A DNA stretch of 46,874 nt from Octopus bimaculoides (taxonomy: Eukaryota), in contig NC_069010.1 of NCBI RefSeq assembly GCF_001194135.2, positions 9,656,285 through 9,703,158 of the forward strand, read 5' to 3'. The notes beneath the pieces are model-generated. The model worked only from the letters and a program-made list of their open reading frames with translations, was not told where the DNA came from and did not search any database. Position numbers and translations under genes: made by a program. Below, piece by piece: positions 1 through 12,816 of the stretch (positions within the stretch are counted from its first letter, which is position 1; each line of letters begins with the position of its first letter).

Positions 1-1514
1 TAAGAAGCAAATTTTTTTTTTATTTAACCGTTTCTTATTAAAAAAATTAATTATTTCCTATGTATGATGACTTTTGAATGCCCCTTTATAATAAGATCTC
101 GTGGGCCGTAATATGAAAGTAAAATATTTCACCTTTCTCAAAAAAACCATATTTATTTCATTACAATTCCATTGAACTTCTTTCGGGTTTTTAAGCCGAA
201 AACTAGTTTTATGAAATGGAATTTTCCGTTTAACAAACTCCTCTGGGCAGATATCGGATGCAGGTGCGTGCATTGATTACTTTACCTACGTGTGTGTGTG
301 TGTGTGTAAACAAAACAAGGTGGAAAGAATAGTATTTTAATACCAAAAGCAGAGTAAGACAGTGTTTTGTTAATGCCAAAAATGAATAACATAATTAATA
401 CATATATCATCATCGTCGTCTGCTCTCCGTGGTGGCCATAGTTTGGATTGTTTTACAGGAGCCAGCGAGGTAGAAGGCTATTATTGTGTCTGTTTTGGCA
501 TGGTTTTTTAGAGCTGATACCCTTTCTAACACCAACCACCCGGCAGCAGAGCAGACTGAGTGCTTTTTACATGGCACCAGCACTGAATATATGTGTGTGT
601 GTGTGTGTGAAGGCACACGGTTCAGTGGTTACAGCGTCAAGCTTAGGATTGTCGGGTTGTAAGTTTGATTCCCGGACCGGGACTGCCTGTTGTGTTCTTG
701 AGCAAGACACTTTATTTCACTTTATATATATATATATATATATTACGATGAACGTAAACAAACAAACGAAGCTTGCTTTTAGAAGCGTTGAGATGTCTTA
801 GAAAGTTAAAGAAGTGATTTTAAATTCTCCCCAAAGAGGAGACTGACTGACAAACAGACAGATAGACAGGCAGAGAAGATACTGAGCAGCTTTACCAACT
901 GGCTACTGACCGACTGACCGACTGACCAAGAAAGACAGAGAGAGAGAGAGAGGGGGGGAGGTGATGGTGGATAACCTAAATAATTGACTCCAGACAAACT
1001 GACCCAATAACCTGTAAAAGTTGTTTGTGAGACAAATGGGTGTCAACTACTGACAGCCAACACCCTTCGTTGGCACAGCACTGAATAATTTCAAAACTTT
1101 AATGAATTTTCCTGTATACCATCTTAGACTTAAGCAGTAATCCATTTCTATTTCTACTTCATTTTAATCTCCTTTTTATATATATATCCCATAATCTTCC
1201 TTTATCTTGCTTACATTCCATAATCTTTCGTTATCTTCCACCTTACACACCAATATATTGTTTTCACACACTTTCATTTGAATTTAATATATTATCATCA
1301 TTATTGGTGTTGTTGTTGTTGTTGAGTGAGAGAGTGGCATATGCCATCAAGGTGACACTGGGGTACAAACAAACAAAACCTAATGTACCCATCTGATAAG
1401 ATTACATCAGGCACATGCATCACAACCATATGTGCATGACATGGTAATCTCATATCAAGATAAACAGTGCATGACCTCACAGGTCATTAGACCTCACAGG
1501 TCGTTAGAATTTAC

Positions 1515-1712
1515 CTGAGCTGGCAGAAGCAAAAGTACACCAAGCAGAATGCTTAGCGGCATTTCGTCTGTCCTTACATTCTGAGTTCAAATTCCGTTGA
1601 GGTTGATTTTGCCTTTCATCCTTTCAGGGTTGATAAAATAAGTACCAGTTACGCACTGGGGTCGATATGATCGACTTGCCCCGTCCCCTAAAATTCCAGG
1701 CCTTGTGCCTAT
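1515..1712 (+). mobile_element. tRNA-derived CORE-type SINE
   Basis: GAGCTGGCAGAA head, GAGTTCAAATTCC B box, TTGCCTTTCATCCTTTC..GATAAAATAAGTACCAG core. Confidence 0.8.
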
Positions 1713-2075
1713 CTTAGAAAAGATTAAAAATATATGTATATGTGTGTGTTTATGTATGTATTCATGTATGCTTGACAACTGGTGTTAGTTTGTTTGCATC
1801 CCCGTAACTTAATGGTTCAAGAGACCAAGAGAATAAGTGCCAGGCTTGAAAAAAAACCCAAAAAAACAAGAACTCGGGTCGTTTCGGTTGACTAAAATCC
1901 TATGTGGTTTTCCAGTATGGCCACTGGTCAGTAACTGAAACAAGCAAAGCATAAAACGTGTACATTACATAAAATCAGTGCCAAAACAAAACTCATTAAC
2001 ATTACAAAATTGATATTCTGCCATTTTGATATAATTACGATAAGATTAAATTAATTCAAAAAGGAAAGAATAAAG

Positions 2076-2085
2076 AAAAAAAAAA
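2076..2085 (-). terminator. Pol III oligo-T terminator of tRNA-Glu
   Basis: T10 run on the minus strand, 7 nt after the discriminator base. Confidence 0.8.
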
Positions 2086-2092
2086 GAAGGCG

Positions 2093-2164
2093 TTCCCATG
2101 CCGGGAATCGAACCCGGGCCGCCTGGGTGAAAGCCAGGAATCCTAACCACTAGACCACATGGGA
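2093..2164 (-). tRNA. tRNA-Glu (anticodon TTC)
   Basis: 72 nt TCCCATGTGGTCTAGTGGTTAGGATTCCTGGCTTTCACCCAGGCGGCCCGGGTTCGATTCCCGGCATGGGAA; acceptor stem TCCCATG/CATGGGA, anticodon arm CCTGG-CTTTCAC-CCAGG, intact A and B boxes. Confidence 0.96.
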
Positions 2165-2482
2165 TGCGGCAAACTCAAGCTGCAAATTTAGCAATATATT
2201 CAGTTTATTAAATATGCTCGGTTCGTGCGTTGATTGTGTTAAGGAGTGTATGGTGATATTTCTATATATTAATGTCATTATTGATTGCTTTTCGTTATTT
2301 AACGATTAATCATTTACGATGATTTACTGTTATTGTTGAACGTTTTCTTTTTTGAAAATATGATCAGACACGTTAAGTCCTGTTTTAGGCTGGCGATTGA
2401 GACGGAAAGAAAATTTGAAGAGAGTGAATGTAAAAAGCGAAACGGAAACGAAACGACGAAGCGTATATGGGTTTTATGTATA

Positions 2483-2680
2483 TCTACTAACATACCCGTC
2501 ACCCTTCCAAATAAATCGCGCTCTCTGTATGTCTTTCGCTTTTATGGCATCCTTTCCCTGTTTCTCTCCAACACTTTTTACGGAAAAGGCCGGTCTTTGG
2601 TAAAGATCGCCAAAGACACTTTTTACGGAAAAGGCTGATATTTAGGGCTCGTACCGAAAGATCGCCCATACACACAAACA
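2483..2680 (-). mobile_element. Possible Helitron-like end with internal direct repeats
   Basis: Minus strand ends ACGGGTATGTTAG|T, resembling 22494-22507; ACACTTTTTACGGAAAAGGC and AAAGATCGCC each occur twice. Confidence 0.3.
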
Positions 2681-3748
2681 CAATCTTTTTACTTGCTTCA
2701 GTCATTTCACTGGGGCCTCTTCTAGGCCACCGAAAGTTAGAATAGAGATAACAGACCACCAACGAAATCTGTGCTTCTCAAACAATATCCTCGGACTATC
2801 CTCGGTTCTGGAGCCAGTGGGATTATCCAGAAATGATAGGAAGAGAGACCTAGTGGTCTTACCCTCTGTCCCTGGGTCAGAGGTAGGTGCTGCCTGATCT
2901 GGGACATCACAGTCTGTGACTCCTTGCCCCTCCCCCATTCTTGACGCTGCAGTGGATGGGAAGGTCACTGCTTCGGCAGCCAAACAGAACAAAATCCTTG
3001 AGGATCGGGGACCTGTCAGATCTTTGGACGGGCTGGGCCACAAACAGCAAAGCTCTTTTGGCTATGTTGAACCTGGAATTCACCTACTCTTTTACTTGTT
3101 TCAGTCATTTGACTGTGGCCATGCTGGAGCACCGCCTTTAGTCGATCTCAGGGAAATGAATAAAAAAAAAATTTATGTGCAAAGAAATATGTTCCTTCAC
3201 TGTTCAACATAATTATAAATTCCTCAAAATGCTTGAAGCTTCAAGCTAGCAGAGATTATCTCCCTTCCCTTAGCAGCAGCAGTCAAGCAGACGTTGTTTC
3301 CCTTGCTGTGTATTACTCCAAAAATATTTGTCATTAGACTACGGTCATGCTGGAGCGCCGTTTTGATGTAGGATTTTAAGTCCAACAAATCGACCCCAGT
3401 ACTTTTTTCTTTTTACATTTGGTACACCAGTTGTCCTACGTTGGGACTGAACCCCAACATCTGTTACTGTCCTTGCTTTTATACATTTCCCCCCTTCTCA
3501 TGACTTGTTTTTACCCTCCAGGGGCTAGTGTCTTGTGTTTTGTACCAATGTCATTCTGTTCTTCATGTTCCCTCGTTTATGTTTTGGCAGTGTTTTGCTG
3601 TTGAAGCCAACAAATTAAACAATATTATTGTCAATAGGGTGTTGAAATTGTCATGATTTTGGGCCAATAGCTGATGAGGGATGAGCTTGCTTACACATCC
3701 TTTGTGTGTTGATTTTCTCATTTCCATGTGCTACTTTGTCAGTCTCAC

Positions 3749-4049
3749 CATCATCATCGTTTAACGTCCGCTTTCCATGCTAGCATGGGTTGGACGATTT
3801 GACTGAAGACTGGTGAAACCGGATGGCTACACCAGGCTCCAATCTAATTTGGCAGAGTTTCTTCAGCTGTATGCCCTTCCTAACGCCAACCACTCAGAGA
3901 GTGTAGTGGGTGCTTTTACGTGCCACCGGCATGAAGGCCATTCAGGAGGTACTGGCAACGGCCACGCTCAAAATGGTGTATTTTACGTGCCACTTGCACA
4001 GGAGCCAGTTCGGCGGCACTGGCAACGATCTCGCTCGAATGTCTTACAC
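3749..4049 (-). mobile_element. RTE-tail-like SINE, (GAT)n tail
   Basis: Shares CATCATCGTTTAACGTCCGCTTTCCATGCTAGCATGGGTTGGACG with several copies in the window. Confidence 0.85.
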
Positions 4050-4362
4050 NNNNNNNNNNNNNNNNNNNNNNNNNNNNNNNNNNNNNNNNNNNNNNNNNNN
4101 NNNNNNNNNNNNNNNNNNNNNNNNNNNNNNNNNNNNNNNNNNNNNNNNNNNNNNNNNNNNNNNNNNNNNNNNNNNNNNNNNNNNNNNNNNNNNNNNNNNN
4201 NNNNNNNNNNNNNNNNNNNNNNNNNNNNNNNNNNNNNNNNNNNNNNNNNNNNNNNNNNNNNNNNNNNNNNNNNNNNNNNNNNNNNNNNNNNNNNNNNNNN
4301 NNNNNNNNNNNNNNNNNNNNNNNNNNNNNNNNNNNNNNNNATATATATATATATATATATAT

Positions 4363-4820
4363 AGGTATATGATAGGATTGTTTAAACATTCAAGGGATAG
4401 GCTGAAGTGTTTAAGCAACCAGGGGATAGTTAAATCCGAAGGCACTCCTGGAGATTACTTGTGTGGGTACCGTCTTTGTTGGAAGGTATCCAGAGGCAGG
4501 TAATTTATTGTGTAAACCGCAATTTATAATTATAATCATGTGGAGAATGGAGAAACAAACACAGGAAGAAGCAGGTTGATTGTGCTAAGCCATTAATTTA
4601 ATTATATGGAGATTATGTAATGTTACATTTACGATCGTTTCGATTTGCCAATTTGATTGGCAGATCTCTTCAGAATGGTTGAGAAGTCTGTTAAAGTTCA
4701 TGGTGAGAGAGATGCAGGAATAGAAGGATGCATATAGTGGTATGAGAATAGAGGTAAGGCATAGTGAGTCTTACATTTTAGTCGGAATCAGGGTTAGTAA
4801 TATTTCTGAGGGCTTAAACA
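4363..4820 (-). mobile_element. Penelope-like/retrozyme-type non-coding end carrying a hammerhead
   Basis: Non-SINE block containing the ribozyme, with its 3' end abutting (TA)n at 4341-4362; class inferred from the ribozyme type. Confidence 0.5.
4626..4677 (-). ncRNA. Type I hammerhead ribozyme motif (canonical core)
   Basis: CATT-CTGAAGA-GAT(C)TGCCAAT-CAA-ATTGGCA(A)ATC-GAAA-CGATCG-TA^AATG: helix I CATT/AATG, 10-bp stem II, palindromic helix III ACGATCGT, UA cleavage site. Confidence 0.85.
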
Positions 4821-5228
4821 GCACCCACCCCACCCACACACACCATAACTAACAACATAGCAAATAAAAAAACAAAAACAATGAAAGATGTTTAAAAAAA
4901 TATTTTATTTTTTACCCACAAAAAAAAATTGTATCCCTTTTTTTTGTTGTTGTTACATTTATGCATATAAAACAATTGTAAATCCATTATTTTATATAAA
5001 ACAATTATAACAGACCCCTTACTTCATAAAAACAACATACAAATTCTTAATTTTCATTTTTGTACCTGTTCCCTTTTTCCTTCCAAATATATATATATAC
5101 ATATATTACACATTATATAATATATATATCACATAATATATATATACATATTATATATCATATATATAAATACATCACAAATATATGTACATACATTAAT
5201 ATTGCATATTATATGATATATATATCAC

Positions 5229-5265
<37 letters not shown>

Positions 5266-5636
5266 NNNNNNNNNNNNNNNNNNNNNNNNNNNNNNNNNNN
5301 NNNNNNNNNNNNNNNNNNNNNNNNNNNNNNNNNNNNNNNNNNNNNNNNNNNNNNNNNNNNNNNNNNNNNNNNNNNNNNNNNNNNNNNNNNNNNNNNNNNN
5401 NNNNNNNNNNNNNNNNNNNNNNNNNNNNNNNNNNNNNNNNNNNNNNNNNNNNNNNNNNNNNNNNNNNNNNNNNNNNAATAGATTCAAATTTTGGCAAAGG
5501 ACCAGCAGTTCTAGAGAGGAAGAATAATTTGATTACATCAACCCCACCCCCACTACTTGATTAATATTTATTCTATTGACCCCCCCCCCCAAAAGGGGCA
5601 GAGTTGACCTTGGCAGAATTCAAGCTCAGGATGTAA

Positions 5637-5826
5637 CATCATCATCATCATCGTTTAACGTCCGCTTTCCATGCTAGCATGGGTTGGACGATATGACTGA
5701 GGACTGGTGAAACCGGATGGCCACACCGGGCTCCAGTCTGATTTGGCAGAGTTTCTACAGCTGGATGCCCTTCCTAACGCCAACCACTCAGAGAGTGTAG
5801 TAGGTGCTTTTACGTGTCACCTGCAC
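5637..5826 (-). mobile_element. RTE-tail-like SINE
   Basis: Near-identical to the 15059-15264 copy. Confidence 0.85.
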
Positions 5827-7199
5827 CACAGGTGAAATGCAACTAATGGTTTCTGCCAGTCCACTACCTGAGATAAACTTATGAATCTGCACCTGGTCGA
5901 GCTTGCTCAGCCATTTTTAATTCACAAACCCCGTCCATCTTGGTCCTGTATTAGTTGAGGGGGGGGGGAGGTCTTCAGGGAGGCATCCAGTGCAGGGGCA
6001 CATATTAGGGCCACGGACAAGAAATTAGCAATTGAAAATAATTCCATAACTCAGAAGTTATCAATAACGAGATACGGATAATGATGGAGGCAGTTCTTTG
6101 AGTCGAGAGAACATGCGGAAGAACAGCAAGCCCTTGAGTAGATCAGCCCTTGAATGATAAACTATCCATCATGACCCCCATCTGACCAAACCTTACGTGT
6201 TTGCCCCAAGTGCACCAGATGCTTATAAATATTGGGTTGACAAAAAAAAAAACAAAAAAAAACCTCTTGGAAGAAAAATGTCCAAAGCTTTCTGTGGGAC
6301 ACAAACCCACATCTGTAAACCAGACAGATATTTGGGCAGCCTTCGATATTTCCCATTCGAGGTCTTTTCTGGACCCTTTATTTACATGCTGATATTTATA
6401 GCTTTATTCACTTCAAGTTTCACCTTTAAAAACAATTTATTTTCATGTGAGTCAAAGTTTTGGAATTCTTATGACACACATATATATATACATACACATA
6501 CACATATATATATACATACACACACATATATATTTACAAAACCTGTTTTTTTTGTTTCCACATTTTTCTTGGGTTTTAATTAAAAGACAAAAAATAAATA
6601 AATAAATATTAAAATACATAATATTAAGAAAAAAATAACAATACAAAAAGAGGAGAAAGAAAATTATTCCAATGTGAAAAAAATAGTGCAATGGTGTCTT
6701 GAATACAAAATATTTTGGTTTATGAAAGAGAACGAGCAAACCAATTGCCAGAATTATATACTCATTGTGCTTTGCGATATATATATGCATATATATGTAC
6801 ACATATATATATGCATATATATGTACACACATATATATATATATGCATATATATATACACACGCATACATTTATACATTCATATTCATACACACACACAC
6901 AAATATATTTACATAAATACATATATATATATACACATACACACATCTATTCTTATGTGTGTGTGTATGTATATGTATGTGTGTATGAATAAACATACCT
7001 GCATATATATATATTCAGTGTGGTCCAAAAGTCATGCACCAAAACGCTTGACATTTTATTTATATCGTTATTATTATTATTATTCATTTTGTTCGTCAGG
7101 TCCAAGTATTTGTGTACTCCTCATTCTTTTATTAATTCATATATACACATACATATTTGTATAGCAGAGTGGAGAGTTTGAAAGATATGTATGTATGTA

Positions 7200-7240
<41 letters not shown>

Positions 7241-7668
7241 TTCTTTTTGTTTTAAACAAAATCAAAAACAGTCCAACTGCTGCCCCACCCACCTACCTAC
7301 CTACTCCAGCCCCAACCCTTTATCCTGCCACCCACCCCCACCAAAAAAGAGGGGGAGCAAAGGAATGGGGAGAGAAAAACCTTTCACTTGAAGAATATTC
7401 CAAAATAATTTTGAAGGATTGTGCGTGTGTATGCATGCACACGTATGTGTGCATGTATACATATATATATGTGCATACACATACGTGTGTGTGTGTGTGT
7501 GCACCTGCATATACAAATGGGTGTTTTTCTTTCCGTTGACCCCCAAGATCCCAAGGAAGACTTGTCTAAAACACAGGGCAAGGGAGGGGGAGGGTTTGAG
7601 AACAGTAACAGAGCAAACTCTCCGTGAATGGTGATGTCAATGCGATACCAGGTTCCATGATAGGTTTA

Positions 7669-7709
<41 letters not shown>

Positions 7710-8165
7710 CATACGAATAAGCAGACATGCAACTTCCCCCTACACACCAATCATAGTGCCCCCCTCCCCATGCCCATCCACCCCAAAAAGAAAAAAACAC
7801 CCATAGATCATTAGTAGTGGCTCCTTTTTATGTTTGATGAAATCATTTAAGAAACAGTAAAAAAAAATAATAATAAATAAATACACATGCAGATACAATA
7901 AAGATATGTGTTGCTGGAGGAGGGGGGGGGGCAATGTATGAAGCTCTCANNNNNNNNNNNNNNNNNNNNNNNNNNNNNNNNNNNNNNNNNNNNNNNNNNN
8001 NNNNNNNNNNNNNNNCACTTCTGCTAAATATTAATAAATAGATAAATATATATATTATTCTTATACAAGGATGCTGTTGACAGTGACTTCAAAGCTTCAG
8101 CTTAACTGACTGAAACTTCAAAGTGACTGTCAAAAAAGTTCTTGTATAAGAATTATGTGCTTGTC

Positions 8166-8186
<21 letters not shown>

Positions 8187-8198
<12 letters not shown>

Positions 8199-8405
8199 AT
8201 GTCTTAGTGTTTGACCCCCACCACCACTACCATCGTTTGGCAACTGATGCTGGTATGTTTACGTCCCCGTAACTTAGTGGTTCGGCAAAAGAGGCCGATA
8301 GAATAAGTACTAGGCTTATAAAGAATAAGTCCTGGGGGTTGATTTGTTCAACTAAAGGTGGTGCTCCAGCATGGCCTCAGCCAAAGAACGGAAACAAATA
8401 AAAGT
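8187..8405 (+). mobile_element. SINE 3' module
   Basis: GTTTACGTCCCCGTAACTTAG..GGTTCGGCAAAAGAG..GATAGAATAAGTAC; related copies at about 1770-1960, 39135-39292 and 42744-42960. Confidence 0.8.
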
Positions 8406-8762
8406 GTGTATGTATATATATATATATACTTTTAATTTATTTGGATAAATGTCTGTGAGTGTGCTTGTAAAAGCTCTTCTGCTGCTTGTCGCTAGCTAAT
8501 GCTTATTGTTCCCATCTTCCAGAGTAATTCTCTGGGATGGTTATTTATGTGAAACACCCTATAGTGTAGGGTAAATACAGTAATAATGGAAAAGTAAGTA
8601 CGCACATGAAGTAGTGGACTTCCTTAAGATCCATAGACCTTATAAATAATATTCAATAATATCCTATGGATGTGTGAAGGTAGTCACAAACAAACATGTT
8701 ATGCAGAAACATATGTAGCAATGCGTTATTAAAATACAAAAAATTTCCATCCTAAAAATTTT

Positions 8763-8802
<40 letters not shown>

Positions 8803-9244
8803 GTATGTATGTATGTTTGTTTTTATGTCAAGTTGTAACAGAAACAGATATTGGACATCTAAGGTGAGGGAAGGGGTGTAAAAGTGTCTGGTCACATTTG
8901 ACTGAGATTTCTGGTCATTTGAGAAAAGTAATTTTTAAAAAGGATGAAAATAGAATAATGTCGAGATGAAAGAAAAAAAATGCATGTATATTTGTAAAAA
9001 AGTCTAATATACATGTTTGTCAACCTGTGTAGAATATGTCTGTCTACACACTTTTGTGTACATGTCTATATCTGAACATAATATTTATACACACATACAT
9101 ATATTATAATAATACACACACACAAACACATATATATATAATGTATGTGTGTATGTATGTAATCTTACTGACTGTGACTTCAAAGTAGCATATTGAAACT
9201 GTGAAATGTGGAGACATGTAACAGATCTTAAGTGTTTGTATGTA

Positions 9245-9284
<40 letters not shown>

Positions 9285-9538
9285 CACACACACATATGTA
9301 TATATATATATATATACACACATATGTATATATATATATATATATGTGTGTATATTATCAGTAAAGAAGAAATTGGTTCCAATGGGTCAAAAGAGTGTTG
9401 AGAATCAATAAAATTATAATACAACACTTTATATTTGTATATTGAGTCCTTTAGTTTGTCAATGGTCCTTGCTTTTATCTCTCTCTCTCTCTCCATAAAT
9501 ATATATATATTTATATATACATACACACACATGTACAT

Positions 9539-9583
<45 letters not shown>

Positions 9584-10198
9584 CACACACATACATACAT
9601 ATATATGTACATACACACACACATAAAAATTGTCATTTATACAATGGGACTTTCATACTTTCCCAACCATGTATAATGTGCATTAGAATCATCCATTGAT
9701 AATTGTAATTAAACGAATGGTGAATTACATTTACCTTCACCCTTAATTCCAATCTTTGCTCACCTACATTCGATGCCAGTCACCATAGGCAACACGAGAC
9801 TTATTGTTCACCTATAATTATATTTAAACTTACGGTTTACTCAGCTTACGATTATCGTGTCCTTCTTAAATATGACTAGCCAGAAAAGAAAGCAGAAGGA
9901 AGGCAACACAAGTCAAACCATTCGTAGACATTAAGTTTAAGTTTAACTCTGTCATGGATTTTTATCAGAAAAGAAAGTGACTAGCAACAACAGTCGTGTT
10001 GGACACTCAAAATTCCGCCTGACATAACAGTTATCAGCAAGAATTACTTTAACATCTAAACCATCCATATTTGGTTTAAAAGTACTGTTTTATGTTCAAA
10101 CCAGCCAGATCTGGCCTTTCACACATACCCTAAAAATAAACAGTCGCATCATCGAAATCTTGAAACTATGAGAAAAGGCGATGTGAAAAAAATTAACA

Positions 10199-10353
10199 TA
10201 GGCGCAGGAGTGGCTGTGTAGTAAGTAGCTTGCTTACCAACCACATGGTTCCGTGTTCAGTCCCACAGCGTGGCACCTTGGGCAAGTGTCTTCTACTATA
10301 GCCTCGGGCCGACCAAAGCCTTGTGAGTGGATTTGGTAGACGGAAACTGAAAG
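10199..10353 (+). mobile_element. tRNA-headed SINE, 5' module
   Basis: GGCGCAGGAGTGGCTGTGTAGTAAG...GTTCAGTCCC...GGCAAGTGTCTTCTACTATAGCC...GGAAACTGAAAG; multi-copy in the window. Confidence 0.85.
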
Positions 10354-11104
10354 GGAATATTTCTCTTTATGCATCCGAGGAGGCAGGAAGTGTTTATGTC
10401 AGCCATATTCAATTCCCCTACTCTCAGTTTATCTTTATGTGCATATTTCTGCACTTGTGTCGCCATGTATGTGCGTGTGAGTGCCTGTGTGTCTCCTGTG
10501 CCAAAAACTACTCTTATAAAACAGATCCAATATCCAGTAAGCCATGCCAAATCACCGGCATCCCAAAAGCCTTGTCCAACACCATTTACTGATATTTTAA
10601 GCAATTGTAACCGCATCCTGATCAATGCCAGACATATTCTAACGAGCAGCAGTAACGACATCTTAACCAATGGTCACCAGAACTTTGCCATGGATCGAAG
10701 GAACATAGTGTCAGTTTGTGAGCTCGAAAATCCTGTCTTAACCAGAATGTATCATTGTGCCCATACCCCTTACACACACACATCGCATATATATATATAT
10801 ACACACACACATATACAACTATGCATTTGGCAGTGTTTAAATGTAGCTAGAAGATACACACACACACACACACACAAATATATATACATGCACACACATA
10901 CATTCGCATATCTATACACACACGCACACACACTGATATGTTAAATGCATACACGCACGCACGCACACACACACACAGATCTGTTTCCACACGTTGTATG
11001 GTTAGTACAACGTGGAATGTTGCAGTGAAGTAGTGGCAGTCACACAATGCTTGCGATTTGAACTGCAGTGGCCTGCATTCTAAACAGCCATGGGGTCAGC
11101 ATAG

Positions 11105-11470
11105 GAGTTGTTGTTTGGTCCCAGGTCAGTCCTAACGCAGCAGACCTATGATCGAAGACGTTCCAGCCGTGACCAACATGTCTTTCATTGAGACACAGTG
11201 AACCTAGGACTACATTATCTAATGTGTCCTTTCATACTATTGTTGTTCAGATCAAAATAAGCTCTGATCTAGTAGATCTATAACCGAAGATGTTCCAGCC
11301 ATGACCATCCCATATTTTATTCAGGCATAGTGTATCTAGGACTACATTATCTAATGTGTCCTTCCTTGTTGCTGTTTAGCCCTAGGTCAGTCTTGGTCCA
11401 GCCAGCCTATGATCAAACAACAACAATTGACATTGTTGTTGTACTTTTAGCCCCAGGTCACTCATAAGGG
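11105..11470 (-). repeat. Tandem copies of a short (CAA)n-tailed repeat
   Basis: CCAGGTCAG..CTATGATC..TTCCAGCC recurs three times; inverted copies at about 17085-17160 and 18675-18885. Confidence 0.7.
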
Positions 11471-11830
11471 TCACTGACCGCCGAACACCTCCAGTCCAGC
11501 TGCACCTGTTGCTTGTTTCAAAATAAAAGCATCCTTCTGCAACATCCGCCATTCAGTTGCCATGGTTCCTGTTCTGCCGTTTCGGCTTTAGGCAAGTCTT
11601 TGCCCGCAGCCATACAATCAACTTGCAAATCTGCTGCACATGGATTGTAAATACCTGTGCACATCTGCTGCAAAATGGCTGCAAGTAACTTGCGGTAACA
11701 GATCCTGCAAGTGAGCACGACAACAACAACAACAGCAACAACCACTACAGCCACAATCGCCACCGCTGCCGCCACTACCGTCACTGCCACATCAACACTC
11801 ATGCACACAGCCACACCAGCACTACAGCTA

Positions 11831-11948
11831 CTATTTAGGCACTGCGCCATGTGCGACGTGATGCGCAGTGAGGTTGAGCAAATGCAAACTGCTGTGTGAG
11901 TTTGAAGCTGAGAGCCGGTTTACTGCGTCGTAGGTCCCAACAAAAGCC
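11831..11948 (-). CDS. Transporter last coding exon (G)AFVGTYDAVNRLSASNSHSSLHLLNLTAHHVAHGAVPK*
   Basis: tatttgcag|GGCTTTT...AAATAG; phase 2; completes the last TM helix. Confidence 0.88.
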
Positions 11949-12000
11949 CTGCAAATAATAAGAGGGAGAAAACATATTAACAGATGCAATGATAATCAGC

Positions 12001-12278
12001 CAAACAACAACAACAACAATAATAATGATAATGATAATGATAATTATAATTATAATAATAATAATAATGATAATTATAATAATAATAATAATTATAATAA
12101 TAATAATAATAATGATAATTATAATAATAATAATAATTATAATAATAATAATAATGATAATTATAATAATAATAATAATAATAATGATAATTATAATAAT
12201 AATAATAATGATAATTATAATAATAATAATAATAATGATAATTATAATGATAATTATAATAATAATAATAATGATAAT

Positions 12279-12325
<47 letters not shown>

Positions 12326-12380
12326 AAATTATAATAATAATAATAATGATAATTATAATAATAATAATAATAATGATAAT

Positions 12381-12418
<38 letters not shown>

Positions 12419-12437
12419 TAATTATAATGATAATAAT
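12001..12437. repeat. Compound (AAT)n array with recurring ATG-ATA-ATT punctuation
   Basis: Direct reading; source of the poly-I and poly-Y ORFs in the track. Confidence 0.95.
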
Positions 12438-12439
12438 AG

Positions 12440-12630
12440 TTTAAAATTTTTTCCACAAGAGCAGCTTGGGGGAGGTGGGGATGAGTCAATTACCATGATC
12501 CCAGTGCGTAACTGGTACTTATTTTATTGACTCTGAAAGGATGAAAGGCAAAGTCGACCTCAGCAACGGACGAAATACCACCAAGCATTTCGTCTAATCA
12601 TGCTAACGATTCTACCAGCTCACTGCCTTT
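12440..12630 (-). mobile_element. CORE-type SINE whose tail is the long (AAT)n array
   Basis: AAAGGATGAAAGGCAAAGTCGACCTC core on the plus strand. Confidence 0.8.
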
Positions 12631-12779
12631 ACACTCTCGGAGTGGTTGGCGTTAGGAAGGGCACCCAGCTGTACAAAACTTTGCCAGATCAGATTGGAGC
12701 CTGGTGTAGCCATCCGGTTTCACCAGTCCTCAGTTAAATCGTCCAACCCATGCTAGCATGGAAAGCGGACGTTAAACGA

Positions 12780-12782
<3 letters not shown>
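12631..12782 (+). mobile_element. RTE-tail-like SINE
   Basis: Reverse complement of the 13656 and 15059 copies. Confidence 0.85.

Positions 12783-12816
<34 letters not shown>

Noticed and set aside
608-720. tRNA-like sequence with A and B boxes (also at 15278 and 30914)
   Set aside because: No cloverleaf or acceptor stem; these are SINE heads, not tRNA genes.
10296-10944. Overlapping 124-aa (-) and 191-aa (+) ORFs
   Set aside because: They run into SINE and CA repeats, have no recognisable domain or convincing splice context, and lie where the transporter 3' UTR or flank is expected.
11977-12489. Long poly-Tyr, poly-Ile and other C/V/Y/I/H/T-rich ORFs in the track, including ORFs spanning N runs
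   Set aside because: Translations of AAT, TA, CA and CT microsatellites or of assembly gaps; no coding signal.
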